Source of the DNA: Coleofasciculus chthonoplastes F2-STO-03
Lineage (GTDB): Bacteria; Cyanobacteriota; Cyanobacteriia; Cyanobacteriales; Coleofasciculaceae
NCBI GenBank assembly: GCA_040222015.1
Contig: JAVJWO010000002.1
Coordinates: forward strand, 1 to 41,775
Reading direction: 5' to 3'
Length of the DNA: 41,775 bases
Below the pieces are notes generated by a model. That model did not search any database. It was not told the origin of the DNA and saw only the letters and a list, made by a program, of their open reading frames with translations. A program made the position numbers and the translations under genes. The stretch's first letter is position 1, and every line of letters begins with the position of its first letter. Positions 30,501 through 38,403 of this stretch are shown piece after piece.

Positions 30501-32593
30501 AAGGTGGGAGTGAAATCGTCACTGGTATCTGAAGGGGTGAAGTTGTCATCACTTAGGCTGACATTTGTTAAGGTTTGATTCCCGGTATTAGTTACCGTGT
30601 AGGTGTAATTGATGACATCTCCGGCAGCACTTACTGTGGTAACATCAGCTTCCTTGAAGATGGACAGGTTGGGATTTTGCACCACATCCACTGTCTCGTC
30701 ATCGGTTTTGGGCTGAGTTTCGTCGCTATCAGCCGTAGCCACGTTAACTAAATCAGCACCATTGTCAATTTCCGTTTGAGTGACGGTGTGGCTGGCGGTG
30801 TATTCCCAAGTTTCGCCCACATCTAAGACACCATTCCCATCATCACTGGTGGTATCAAAGGTGGGATTGAAATCGTCACTGGTATCACCCGCCGTGAAGT
30901 TGTCATCAATCAGGCTGACATTGGTTAGGGTTTGATTCCCGGTGTTGGTGACTGTGTAGGTGTAATTAATTACATCTCCCGCACCGTCTACCTCGCTGAC
31001 ATCCGCTTCTTTAACAATGGAGAAGTTGGGATTTTGCACCACATCCACTGTCTCATCATCGGTTTTGGGCTGGGTTTGATCCGTATCGGCGGTAGCCACG
31101 TTAACCAAATCAGCACCATTGTCGATATCCGCTTGAGTGGCGGTGTGGCTGGCGGTGTATTCCCAAGTTTCGCCTACATCTAGAACATTATCCCCATTGC
31201 CATTACTACTCAATGTGGGGCTAAAGTCATCAGCCGTGTTGGCGGGAGTAAAGTTATCATCACTGAGACTCACGCCTGTCAATGGCACATCACCAGTGTT
31301 ACTCACGGTGTAAGTATAGGTGATTACCTGCTCCGCCCCATTAACGCTCTCGACATCAGCTGTTTTAGTAATCGTAAAGTCGGGTACACCTTCGACAATA
31401 ACTGTGGCAGTATCAGAATCGGTCAATTCCTCAAAGTTGCCACCGGATAAGCCATTATTCCCACTGGCGTCAGCCGTGTTTGTTACCGTTCCATTGGTAC
31501 TGAGGGTAACGTCTTTATAGAAAATGACGGTTGCACCAGAGGCTAAGTCGTTGGCGTCTGCTTCTCCATCAATATCTCCGTAAAGACTACCGAACCCAGA
31601 GGTAAATTCGTTCCCATTAAAATCAATAACTTTCAGGACAGTCGCATCATCTAGGGTAAAGTCATCGGCTGTATTCGCGGGTGTGCCATGATCATCTATC
31701 CAGGATAAATCAAATAGCTCAGCCGTACCGTCGTTAGTCACCTCATAGTAATAACGCACGGTATCGCCTGCGGTTACCGTCAACTCTTCCACACCGGAGT
31801 CAAAGCTTCCCCCTTGGGTGGTTACAGTTTTCTCAATGTTGAGCAGGGGAGTGCCTGCACCCTCAATGTCACCGACTCTTAGGAAAGGAATGGTTTGCTC
31901 ACCGGTGTTGATGGTATCCGGGGTAGCGAGATCAACATATTGACCTGTCGCCGCATCCCATTCAGCCACAACGCGCCCGGCATTGAGTTGTCCCTGTAGG
32001 TTCCCGGTGGGATTTGTATCGGGTTGACCCGCCAGTAAGACATCGATGCGTAAGACGATTTTTTCACTTGCCTCGAGATCATCAATGCGAACCGTTCCCT
32101 TCAGTTCAGCCGCCTGAGTAAAGGGAGTACCGACAAAAGACTCACTGACTAACGTGGCGGTGCTACCAATAATACCGTTTTGATCCAGACTGGCATCTCC
32201 CTGCTTGTCATCAGAGATACCGCTATCTAAGCCAAAGAAGCCTTCACCTGGATTGCTCCCGGTGCCATCATCACCATTCTCGACATCACCATAGTTAATC
32301 GCGACGTTAACAATATCGATTTGAGCCGCACCGGATTGACCTGTACTATCAGCCAGGAAGCTGAAATCAAATTCAGCTACCTGAGCGGGAGCAGATGTTG
32401 TCCCCTCCAGTTCAATTTGGACTAGATAAGTAACAATGTCACCGAAGGCAAATTGACCCCCTTCTAACTGTTCGGTGATATCATTTAAATCCCCAACGGT
32501 GCGGTCATTATAGGCACCGCCACCTGTAGCGTGGTTGTAAGTAAAGGGGGCTGCTGCTGCAAAATCCGTGTTAGAAAAATCTCCGCCTGCCAT
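27593..32593 (-). CDS. Large acidic repeat protein with DUF11/DUF7507-like Ig-type domains (putative adhesin or matrix protein)
   Basis: Eight near-identical ~119-aa units (SIVKDAD...GDVINYTYTVTNTGN..L..V.L.DD...LDVGETWEYTA...LVNVATA) plus two divergent ones; C-terminal RTPGFW domain; GAGGA RBS. Confidence 0.85.
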   Translation of the reverse strand: MAGGDFSNTDFAAAAPFTYNHATGGGAYNDRTVGDLNDITEQLEGGQFAFGDIVTYLVQIELEGTTSAPAQVAEFDFSFLADSTGQSGAAQIDIVNVAINYGDVENGDDGTGSNPGEGFFGLDSGISDDKQGDASLDQNGIIGSTATLVSESFVGTPFTQAAELKGTVRIDDLEASEKIVLRIDVLLAGQPDTNPTGNLQGQLNAGRVVAEWDAATGQYVDLATPDTINTGEQTIPFLRVGDIEGAGTPLLNIEKTVTTQGGSFDSGVEELTVTAGDTVRYYYEVTNDGTAELFDLSWIDDHGTPANTADDFTLDDATVLKVIDFNGNEFTSGFGSLYGDIDGEADANDLASGATVIFYKDVTLSTNGTVTNTADASGNNGLSGGNFEELTDSDTATVIVEGVPDFTITKTADVESVNGAEQVITYTYTVSNTGDVPLTGVSLSDDNFTPANTADDFSPTLSSNGNGDNVLDVGETWEYTASHTATQADIDNGADLVNVATADTDQTQPKTDDETVDVVQNPNFSIVKEADVSEVDGAGDVINYTYTVTNTGNQTLTNVSLIDDNFTAGDTSDDFNPTFDTTSDDGNGVLDVGETWEYTASHTVTQTEIDNGADLVNVATADSDETQPKTDDETVDVVQNPNLSIFKEADVTTVSAAGDVINYTYTVTNTGNQTLTNVSLSDDNFTPSDTSDDFTPTFDTTSDDGNGVLDVGETWEYTASHTVTQTEIDKGTQLVNVATADSDQTEPEDDSEQVQVFQDPNLSIVKDADVTSVDGAGDVINYTYTVTNTGNVSLTNVSLIDDNFTPSDTSDDFTPTFDTTSDDGNGVLDVGETWEYTASYTATQTDIDSGVDLVNVATADSDETDPKTDDETVDVVQNPNLSIVKDADVTTVDDAGDVINYTYTVTNTGNQTLTNVSLIDDNFTPADTSDDFNPTFDTTSDDGNGVLDVGETWEYTASYTATQADIDSGADLVNIATADSDQTQPKTDDEKVTITQNPNLDISKTADVSQVDAVGDVINYTYTLTNTGNVSLSDVTLSDDNFTPANTGDDFSPTLSSNGNGDNILDVGETWEYTASYTVTQADIDSGADLVNVATVDTEQTDPKTDDEKVDVIQEADFLLLKDADVTQVDADGDVINYTYTLTNTGNVSLTGITLSDDNFTPANTSDDFSPVLSTNGNGDNILDVGETWTYTASYTATQADIDNGADLVNVATADTDQTDPKTDNETVDVIQRPNLSIIKDADVSEVDAAGNIINYTYTVTNTGNQTLTNVSLSDDNFTPADTSDDFNPTFDSTSDNGNGFLDVGETWEYTASYTVTQADIDSGVNLVNVATADTDETDPKTDDETVNVLQIPSITIDKVTSDGVVTGDNIGVSAGQSITWTYKVTNDGNLNLSNINLSDDQQGAITNLVDNGDGDSILAPDETWVYEASGTAIFGDYQNIGTVTGDYTDDGETKSVTDADPSSYTGIAAPGVRTPGFWINWTEVWDGDASNDSRFAGRSGFPGSDILLAPYSASAEAPEVIDPVSGQYSEGILVGDYNRDGITNNGENTIFYSLNEAKSILAASKKVEKNDKRYTLDRSLIASWLNNLAFNPAPIDDINDGIAWIQEHTPDENGDGVGDGNLILGASTYAVPASSDFWNEEDLVAGLPSGNSIHTALDNYNNFGI

Positions 32594-32669
32594 ATTTCAG
32601 TTCCTCTGAGTTAAACGTTGAAATTAATGCCACAAAAAAAGTAAACGGTTGTTTCCGATTACCGATAAG

Positions 32670-33395
32670 CTATGACGCCTGCTCAGACGCAAAGAAAACA
32701 GATTTGACTTCAGCTGGAATATCAGCCAGAAATTGATTGTCAATCAGTTCTTCATAGACAACGATGTCACTGTGCCAATTCTCAATCGCTTGATTCAGAT
32801 TGGTTTGGCGTTCTTCTGGGGATTCGCCAGTTATGGCATAGTGAAAATTGCCAGAAAACAATACAGCCGGAATTGGCTCTCGTTCAGGCAGTTGAAGTCG
32901 AGCTTCGTTAATGGTTAATCGCAGTTGAGAATTCTCCAAGGTGTAAACTAGGTTAATTCCAGCTTGTATCGGAGCCTTGCCGAAATTTTGCCAAGCTCCA
33001 GGCGCCAGAAGTGTTTGAGTCATATAGTTGTGAGCCGCATCAGATTGACCAGCAAAGGGGACAAAGCGTCTGGGATTAATGCCCACACCGCGATACTCCA
33101 GATTCGGCAGGGCGGCGGCATATCGACGCGCCAAACTAGGAACGTCTAAACTGTTCAAATTCTGAGAATTCATCCCTTGAGCAAAGCTAATCGTTCCGGG
33201 TTTAGCTTCTAGTTTGATGCCGTTTTTGAAGCTAATCTGGGTGCCTTGGGATGATAAGACTGGGGGGCGTGCTAGTTCCCATTCACCGGGAACAATCCCA
33301 CTACCTGTGAGAAAATCTGGGGTAACGATTGTCGGATTTAGCTTCTTCGCCGCTAAAACAATGGAAATATCCTGAATATCGAGGGTTTGGTTCAT
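32670..33395 (-). CDS. Uncharacterised protein, likely co-transcribed with the repeat protein
   Basis: 241-aa soluble ORF (NPTIVTPDFL..SGIVP.EWELAR; GVGINP; LFSGNFHY) ending 76 nt before the repeat gene start. Confidence 0.8.
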   Translation of the reverse strand: MNQTLDIQDISIVLAAKKLNPTIVTPDFLTGSGIVPGEWELARPPVLSSQGTQISFKNGIKLEAKPGTISFAQGMNSQNLNSLDVPSLARRYAAALPNLEYRGVGINPRRFVPFAGQSDAAHNYMTQTLLAPGAWQNFGKAPIQAGINLVYTLENSQLRLTINEARLQLPEREPIPAVLFSGNFHYAITGESPEERQTNLNQAIENWHSDIVVYEELIDNQFLADIPAEVKSVFFASEQAS

Positions 33396-34059
33396 TTCCC
33401 TGGGGTTAGAGTGTAAATAATTGCATATCGAACTGACTGACTTCGCGAGTCTTGCGGAAGCCAGATTCTTAGGAAAATGGTCAAGGCTTATACAATCTGA
33501 GATCTATGGGCTGTGCTATGATAGAGCTCAAGAAAAGATACAAAGCCTCTCAATCTAGGTTGGTCAGGGCAAAAGACCAACCAGCAAGTGAATCGGAAAC
33601 ACAAGTGATTGTGGGTTTGAATGTGTCTATTTCTTTAGCTTTATATTGAGCAGATATCCCAGCATCCTTTAATACTGGCATGGTCTGCCGCAAGAGTCGC
33701 AGTCGTAGAACCGGGCAAGTTCTGCGGCTGTATTATTTGGGCTAGAGATAATAGACTAGAGTGTTCTAAAACGAAGTTGTATTTTCAAGCTTTGTGGCAT
33801 CTCTTGGATTTTTGGTAAACCAATATCTCCTTTAAAAACTCTGGTTTAGTACCTTGTTTGTAACGCTTGATTTCAAGCTATAAATATATGTTACATGAAG
33901 ATATATTTATTTGACAACTTTTTGATAAAAAATTTTTTTGAATCATTTTTGACGAATACCTCCTAAATTTGATGCCAAAGTTATTACGATCACTGACTCA
34001 ATCCAGATGCTGAGACTGAGCTAATTTTCACGAATCATTTAGACTGGCTGGGCTGAATG

Positions 34060-34126
34060 TATAGCAACCGCCATAGCGGTTAGGACACATCATTTATGTT
34101 CCAGACGTTGCAGGCAACGTCTCTAC
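34060..34126. mobile_element. Partial MITE (left arm + REP-like palindrome)
   Basis: TATAGCAACCGCCATAGCGGTTAGGACACATCATTTAT followed by GTTCCAGACGTTGCAGGCAACGTCTCTAC. Confidence 0.7.
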
Positions 34127-34387
34127 TATTCCAACATCTTGAATCATAAAGGTGAAAATAAGGTGAAATTCATCAAGAAATTTTTGGGATTTAGACTGAG
34201 CTAATTTTCGATGAGAATACTGTTGGCTAAAGTCGATAAAAAGACTATAGCCATGCTAAATTATTGTGCGTTTGAGCCACACATTACAACCGTGGAAACT
34301 CGCACAATTGTCTATATTCCGTGACAACAGACAATTGTGCAAAAAACCTCTGATGATTTAAAGGTTGTTACCTGGAAAGGAAAGTGA

Positions 34388-34494
34388 TATAGCAACCGCA
34401 ATAGTTGTTAGGACGCATCATTTATGTAGAGACGCGCCATGGCGCGTCTGGAACAATGGTGCCGAAAGTCTTAATCGATGTGTCTACTGCTATA
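34388..34494. mobile_element. 107-bp MITE with TATAGCA...TGCTATA ends carrying a REP-like palindrome
   Basis: Imperfect TIRs (TATAGCA...TTAGGAC / GTCTTAA...TGCTATA); internal GTAGAGACGCGCCATGGCGCGTCTGGAAC at 34426-34454. Confidence 0.75.
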
Positions 34495-34992
34495 AGTAAG
34501 AATACCCAGATGATATTGACGTAAGAAACACTGTTGGAAATACTGTATGACGACTGCTTCTCACGCAGAGACGATGCATGGGCAGTTCGGTATTCGGTCT
34601 GGGGGTATCTATATAATATAGGATGACAAATCGTTACCCAGCAGGCTGAAGCTTAGGTTCAGTTCAGATGAGCAACGAAAAACGGGTAGTAAAAAACGGG
34701 TAGTAAGTTTTTTGGATTTGAACCCTTGCGATCGCGAAGAAATGGCTGACGTTCGTTTCCCATGAGCGACTTTTCCTTGAACTAGACAACACCATGACAA
34801 TTTCTGTGGATAGAAATTTTAGATGGTAGCTATACATTAGATTTACAGCTTATCGGTTCAACAATCAATCCCCTTGGGTACCATCTTCATCAAATCTTTA
34901 CATAAAAGGGGAATAGTCTTCACACTAGCTTCATATTCCCTGGATAGAATTCAACAGAAACACGTCCTGACACACGGGAAGCCAGGATTGAC

Positions 34993-36543
34993 TCATCCCC
35001 GAATTACCACAATAGTGCGATCGCACGGAGTAATTGCCGATTCTGTCGTGGTACGCTGGGCAATAGGCGGTAATCCCGGACGTTGGTCAAAAATCACCAG
35101 CCATCCCGTATCAAGTCCTAACCCCGCCAAATAGCGATCAAGTTGTTCCAATCCCGCTTTAATCGGATCGGGGCGCCCCTCACGCCACACCTTCAACTCC
35201 ATCGCCAACGTGACGTCTCCATAACCCAAACACAAATCCATCCGATCACTACCAATTGCATATTCCCGCTCAAGAGTTCCTCCCCCATTCACCACCCGAT
35301 GCAAAAATGCCATCAATACCAAATGGGGCGCAATCTCATGATAGGGCGCACTTTTGAGTAAAGGTTCTCCATGCTGACGCCAAAACCTGAGAAACGCCTC
35401 CAGAAGTTGCTCCGAATCCAGTTTTCCTTCACGAGTTAGCCAACTGGGGTGAATCACGGGCAAACTATCCTGGGGTCCACTTGCCAATACCCTGGGTAAA
35501 ACTTCCCGGTAAATCGGATTCGCTGGGGTCAACCCTCCAGCCGGATGGCGCACCACTAAGCCTAAATCCACCAAAAACTGTCGGTCATCATTCGGTATAT
35601 CTCCCAATTCTTGTCCCGCTAAAATCGGCTCCAGAATGACCCGTACTCGGTCTTCCCGCAACAGGTGGGCTAAACTATCCAGATGGGTATCTTGCCGTTG
35701 AATCAAAATTTCCTTGGCTTGTTCCAAATGATTAACGGTGATCACCTGTTGCGGATCAGGTACAATAACTTCCACAATTTGTCGAGCCAGGGCATTCACC
35801 AACCAAGGTTGTCCTTGAGTTAATTCAAAAGCCCGTAGTATCGCTTCGGGGGAAAAGACTTGACCGGTTTCAGCCGTGTGTTGTGCATATAGCTGGGCGA
35901 CTTCTTTTGCGGTAAAATTCCGTAGCGTCAGGGATTCTACTTTAATATTGAACGGGCTAGCGGTGTTCAGACGCTTACTCCCCCCAGATGCTACTTTGTA
36001 ATCCCGCACATCCCGCACGCCAATTAGCGCCAGAGCTTGGGGGAATCCCTTTGGTCGCTTCGGATAGCCATTTCTAAGTTGGCGCAACAGGGCGATTAAG
36101 GTTTCATCTTGCAGAGCATCAATTTCATCGATGAACACAACCAGGGGACGGGAGGACTGTTGTGTCCAAGCACTCAATGCCGCCCCAATCTGTCGCCCTG
36201 GCTCAGAGGGCGTCCAATCTGGAGGATGGAGATCGGGGGGTAGCCAAAAGGTGGCATCCTCTTTCCAGGCATCCAGGATTGCCCGTTCTGCTGTTCCCGG
36301 GTCATGGGGAAAAGCCGCGCCCACTTCTGCGGATACCATGACCGCCGTATAACGTCCACTGGCGGTAAGCTGCTGTGCCAGCGCTAGCATGGCAGTGGTT
36401 TTACCTGTTTGCCGGGGCGCATGGATGACAAAGTAGCCCTGCTGCTCAATTAGTCGGTCTAGCTGGGGTAGCCGATCTAAGGGGGAGAGCATATAGTGTA
36501 TGTCCGCTTTGCACGGACCTGCCGTGTTAAACCATTTGGGCAT
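34993..36543 (-). CDS. AAA-like P-loop ATPase with C-terminal PD-(D/E)xK-like nuclease domain
   Basis: FNTAGPC, APRQTGKTT, VFIDEID, SPFNI, TQGQPWLVN; C-terminal REYAIGSDRMDL...MELK...Q...Y. Confidence 0.82.
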   Translation of the reverse strand: MPKWFNTAGPCKADIHYMLSPLDRLPQLDRLIEQQGYFVIHAPRQTGKTTAMLALAQQLTASGRYTAVMVSAEVGAAFPHDPGTAERAILDAWKEDATFWLPPDLHPPDWTPSEPGRQIGAALSAWTQQSSRPLVVFIDEIDALQDETLIALLRQLRNGYPKRPKGFPQALALIGVRDVRDYKVASGGSKRLNTASPFNIKVESLTLRNFTAKEVAQLYAQHTAETGQVFSPEAILRAFELTQGQPWLVNALARQIVEVIVPDPQQVITVNHLEQAKEILIQRQDTHLDSLAHLLREDRVRVILEPILAGQELGDIPNDDRQFLVDLGLVVRHPAGGLTPANPIYREVLPRVLASGPQDSLPVIHPSWLTREGKLDSEQLLEAFLRFWRQHGEPLLKSAPYHEIAPHLVLMAFLHRVVNGGGTLEREYAIGSDRMDLCLGYGDVTLAMELKVWREGRPDPIKAGLEQLDRYLAGLGLDTGWLVIFDQRPGLPPIAQRTTTESAITPCDRTIVVIRG

Positions 36544-36580
36544 GGGCGGACGTTGGGCAATATGGCAAGGGATGGGGGAT

Positions 36581-36608
36581 GTAGAGACGTAGCATGCTAC
36601 GTCTCTAC
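36581..36608. repeat. GTAG-type REP-like palindrome supplying the fabF stop codon
   Basis: GTAGAGACGTAGCATGCTACGTCTCTAC is a perfect 28-bp palindrome; fabF TAG is the complement of 36605-36607. Confidence 0.9.
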
Positions 36609-37861
36609 AAAGGTTTGTACTTCTTGAAGACTAAGGTGACATTATGACCGCCGAAGCCAAAGGAATTCGATAGCGCCACATCGACGGTTTGCTGACGGCT
36701 TTGATGCGGCACATAATCGAGATCACAGTCGGGATCAGGATTTTCTAAATTAATCGTCGGCGGAATTTGATCATGGGTTACCGCTAAGACAGAGGCTACC
36801 GATTCAATACCCCCAGAACCACCTAACAGATGACCCGTCATCGATTTGGTGGAACTTACGGCAATCTTATAAGCATGATCGCCCAAGACTTTTTTAATCG
36901 CCGTTGTTTCTGTGGGATCATTAACGGGTGTACTCGTCCCATGAGCATTAATATAGCTAACATCTTCGGGCTGCAATCCGGCATCTTTGAGTGCTAACTG
37001 CATTGCCCGGATTGCCCCTTCGCCACCGGGTACGGGTGAGGTTATATGATAGGCATCACAGGTCATGCCATAGCCAACCATTTCGGCATAAATACGGGCA
37101 CCCCGACTGAGGGCATGTTCCAATTCCTCTAACAGTAGGATGCCTGCCCCTTCGCCCATGACAAAGCCATTGCGATCGCGATCAAAGGGGCGACAGGCGT
37201 GTTTGGGGTCATCATTGCGGGTGGACAGGGCTTTTGCCGAGGCAAATCCCGCCAAGGATAACGGAGTTACGGCGGCTTCCGTTCCCCCACAAATCATCGC
37301 CTGGGCATACCCCCGTTGAATCAAGCGAAAGGCATCGCCTACCCCATGAGCACCAGAGGCACAGGCGCTGACGGTACAAGTATTCGGTCCCTTTGCCCCA
37401 GTATGAATTGCCGTAAGTCCGGCTGCCATATTAGCAATCATCATCGGAATCATAAACGGACTACAGCGATCGGGACCGCGATTCAAGTAGACTTCTTGTT
37501 GGTCTTCCAGGACTTTAATCCCGCCAACCCCGGTGCCGATGACGACGCCCACCTGTTCTGCGTTCAATTCATTAATGACAAACTTCGCATCCGCGATCGC
37601 TTGTTTGCTAGCCGCGACGCCAAATTGGGCAAAGCGATCCATCCGCTTAGCTTCTTTGCGATCCATATAGTCATGGGGATTAAACCCCTTAACTTCGCCA
37701 GCAATCCGACAGGCATGGCGGGAGGGGTCAAACCGGGTAATCGTACCAATACCATTACGCCCACTCAACAGTCCATCCCAATACTCCGCCAGGGTATTAC
37801 CGATGGGAGTAATTGCGCCCAAACCTGTAACAACAACGCGCTTAAGTTCAATGTTTGTCAT
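36605..37861 (-). CDS. fabF: Beta-ketoacyl-ACP synthase II
   Basis: RVVVTGLG, SACASG, NAHGTST, KSMTGHLLG, SNSFGFGGHN. Confidence 0.97.
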   Translation of the reverse strand: MTNIELKRVVVTGLGAITPIGNTLAEYWDGLLSGRNGIGTITRFDPSRHACRIAGEVKGFNPHDYMDRKEAKRMDRFAQFGVAASKQAIADAKFVINELNAEQVGVVIGTGVGGIKVLEDQQEVYLNRGPDRCSPFMIPMMIANMAAGLTAIHTGAKGPNTCTVSACASGAHGVGDAFRLIQRGYAQAMICGGTEAAVTPLSLAGFASAKALSTRNDDPKHACRPFDRDRNGFVMGEGAGILLLEELEHALSRGARIYAEMVGYGMTCDAYHITSPVPGGEGAIRAMQLALKDAGLQPEDVSYINAHGTSTPVNDPTETTAIKKVLGDHAYKIAVSSTKSMTGHLLGGSGGIESVASVLAVTHDQIPPTINLENPDPDCDLDYVPHQSRQQTVDVALSNSFGFGGHNVTLVFKKYKPL

Positions 37862-37924
37862 GATGCCAATAAAACAGGGAAACTGCCCGATAACGCAGAA
37901 CTTGGTCGAGAAGACAACCGCTGA

Positions 37925-38173
37925 TTAAGCCGCCGCTTCTGTTTTTGAGCTGATATAGTCCACCGCCGCTTGGACTGTGGCAATCTGTTCGGCAGCTTCG
38001 TCTGGAATCTCGATATCGAACTCTTCCTCTAAAGCCATAACCAATTCCACCACGTCCAAGGAGTCGGCGTTGAGATCATTGGCAAAGTTAGCTTGAGGGG
38101 TTACGTCACCGGGTTCAACTTCCAGTTGTTCCGCAACTATTTTTTTGACTCTATCGAAAATTTTTTGGTTCAT
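37925..38173 (-). CDS. acpP: Acyl carrier protein
   Basis: [27 protein letters not shown]. Confidence 0.98.
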   Translation of the reverse strand: MNQKIFDRVKKIVAEQLEVEPGDVTPQANFANDLNADSLDVVELVMALEEEFDIEIPDEAAEQIATVQAAVDYISSKTEAAA

Positions 38174-38403
38174 TTACTTGTATACCTCAACCGAGTTGCT
38201 AGAACGTTATCAAGTTATGTTACTTGGTTCCTTTGCATTTTCTCATCTTATCCGAAAGGGGGATCATCAAACCTATCGGTAGTCGCTTCTCCAACTGGCA
38301 TCCAGTTGGGCTAATTATCATATCATGTTCATGGTACTGGCGAAGAGAGAAGTAAGCTACGTGGTACTCCTTCGCCTTCAAGCCAACTACGTAGCAATCA
38401 ACC

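Noticed and set aside
27593..32593. Repeat protein as an RTX/T1SS substrate or diversity-generating retroelement target
   Set aside because: No GGxGxDxL nonapeptides, no transporter or reverse transcriptase genes in the window, and no non-coding template repeat.
33535..33585. c-di-GMP-I riboswitch (CAAAGCCTC and GGGCAAA fragments)
   Set aside because: The fragments are in the wrong order, on the strand opposite the downstream gene, and lack the GNRA-capped stem.
37316..37924. 202-aa plus-strand ORF and other ORFs overlapping well-supported genes (e.g. 2761-3201, 5612-6043, 12465-12935, 40647-41030)
   Set aside because: Shadow ORFs antisense to or overlapping conserved genes, with no recognisable motifs.
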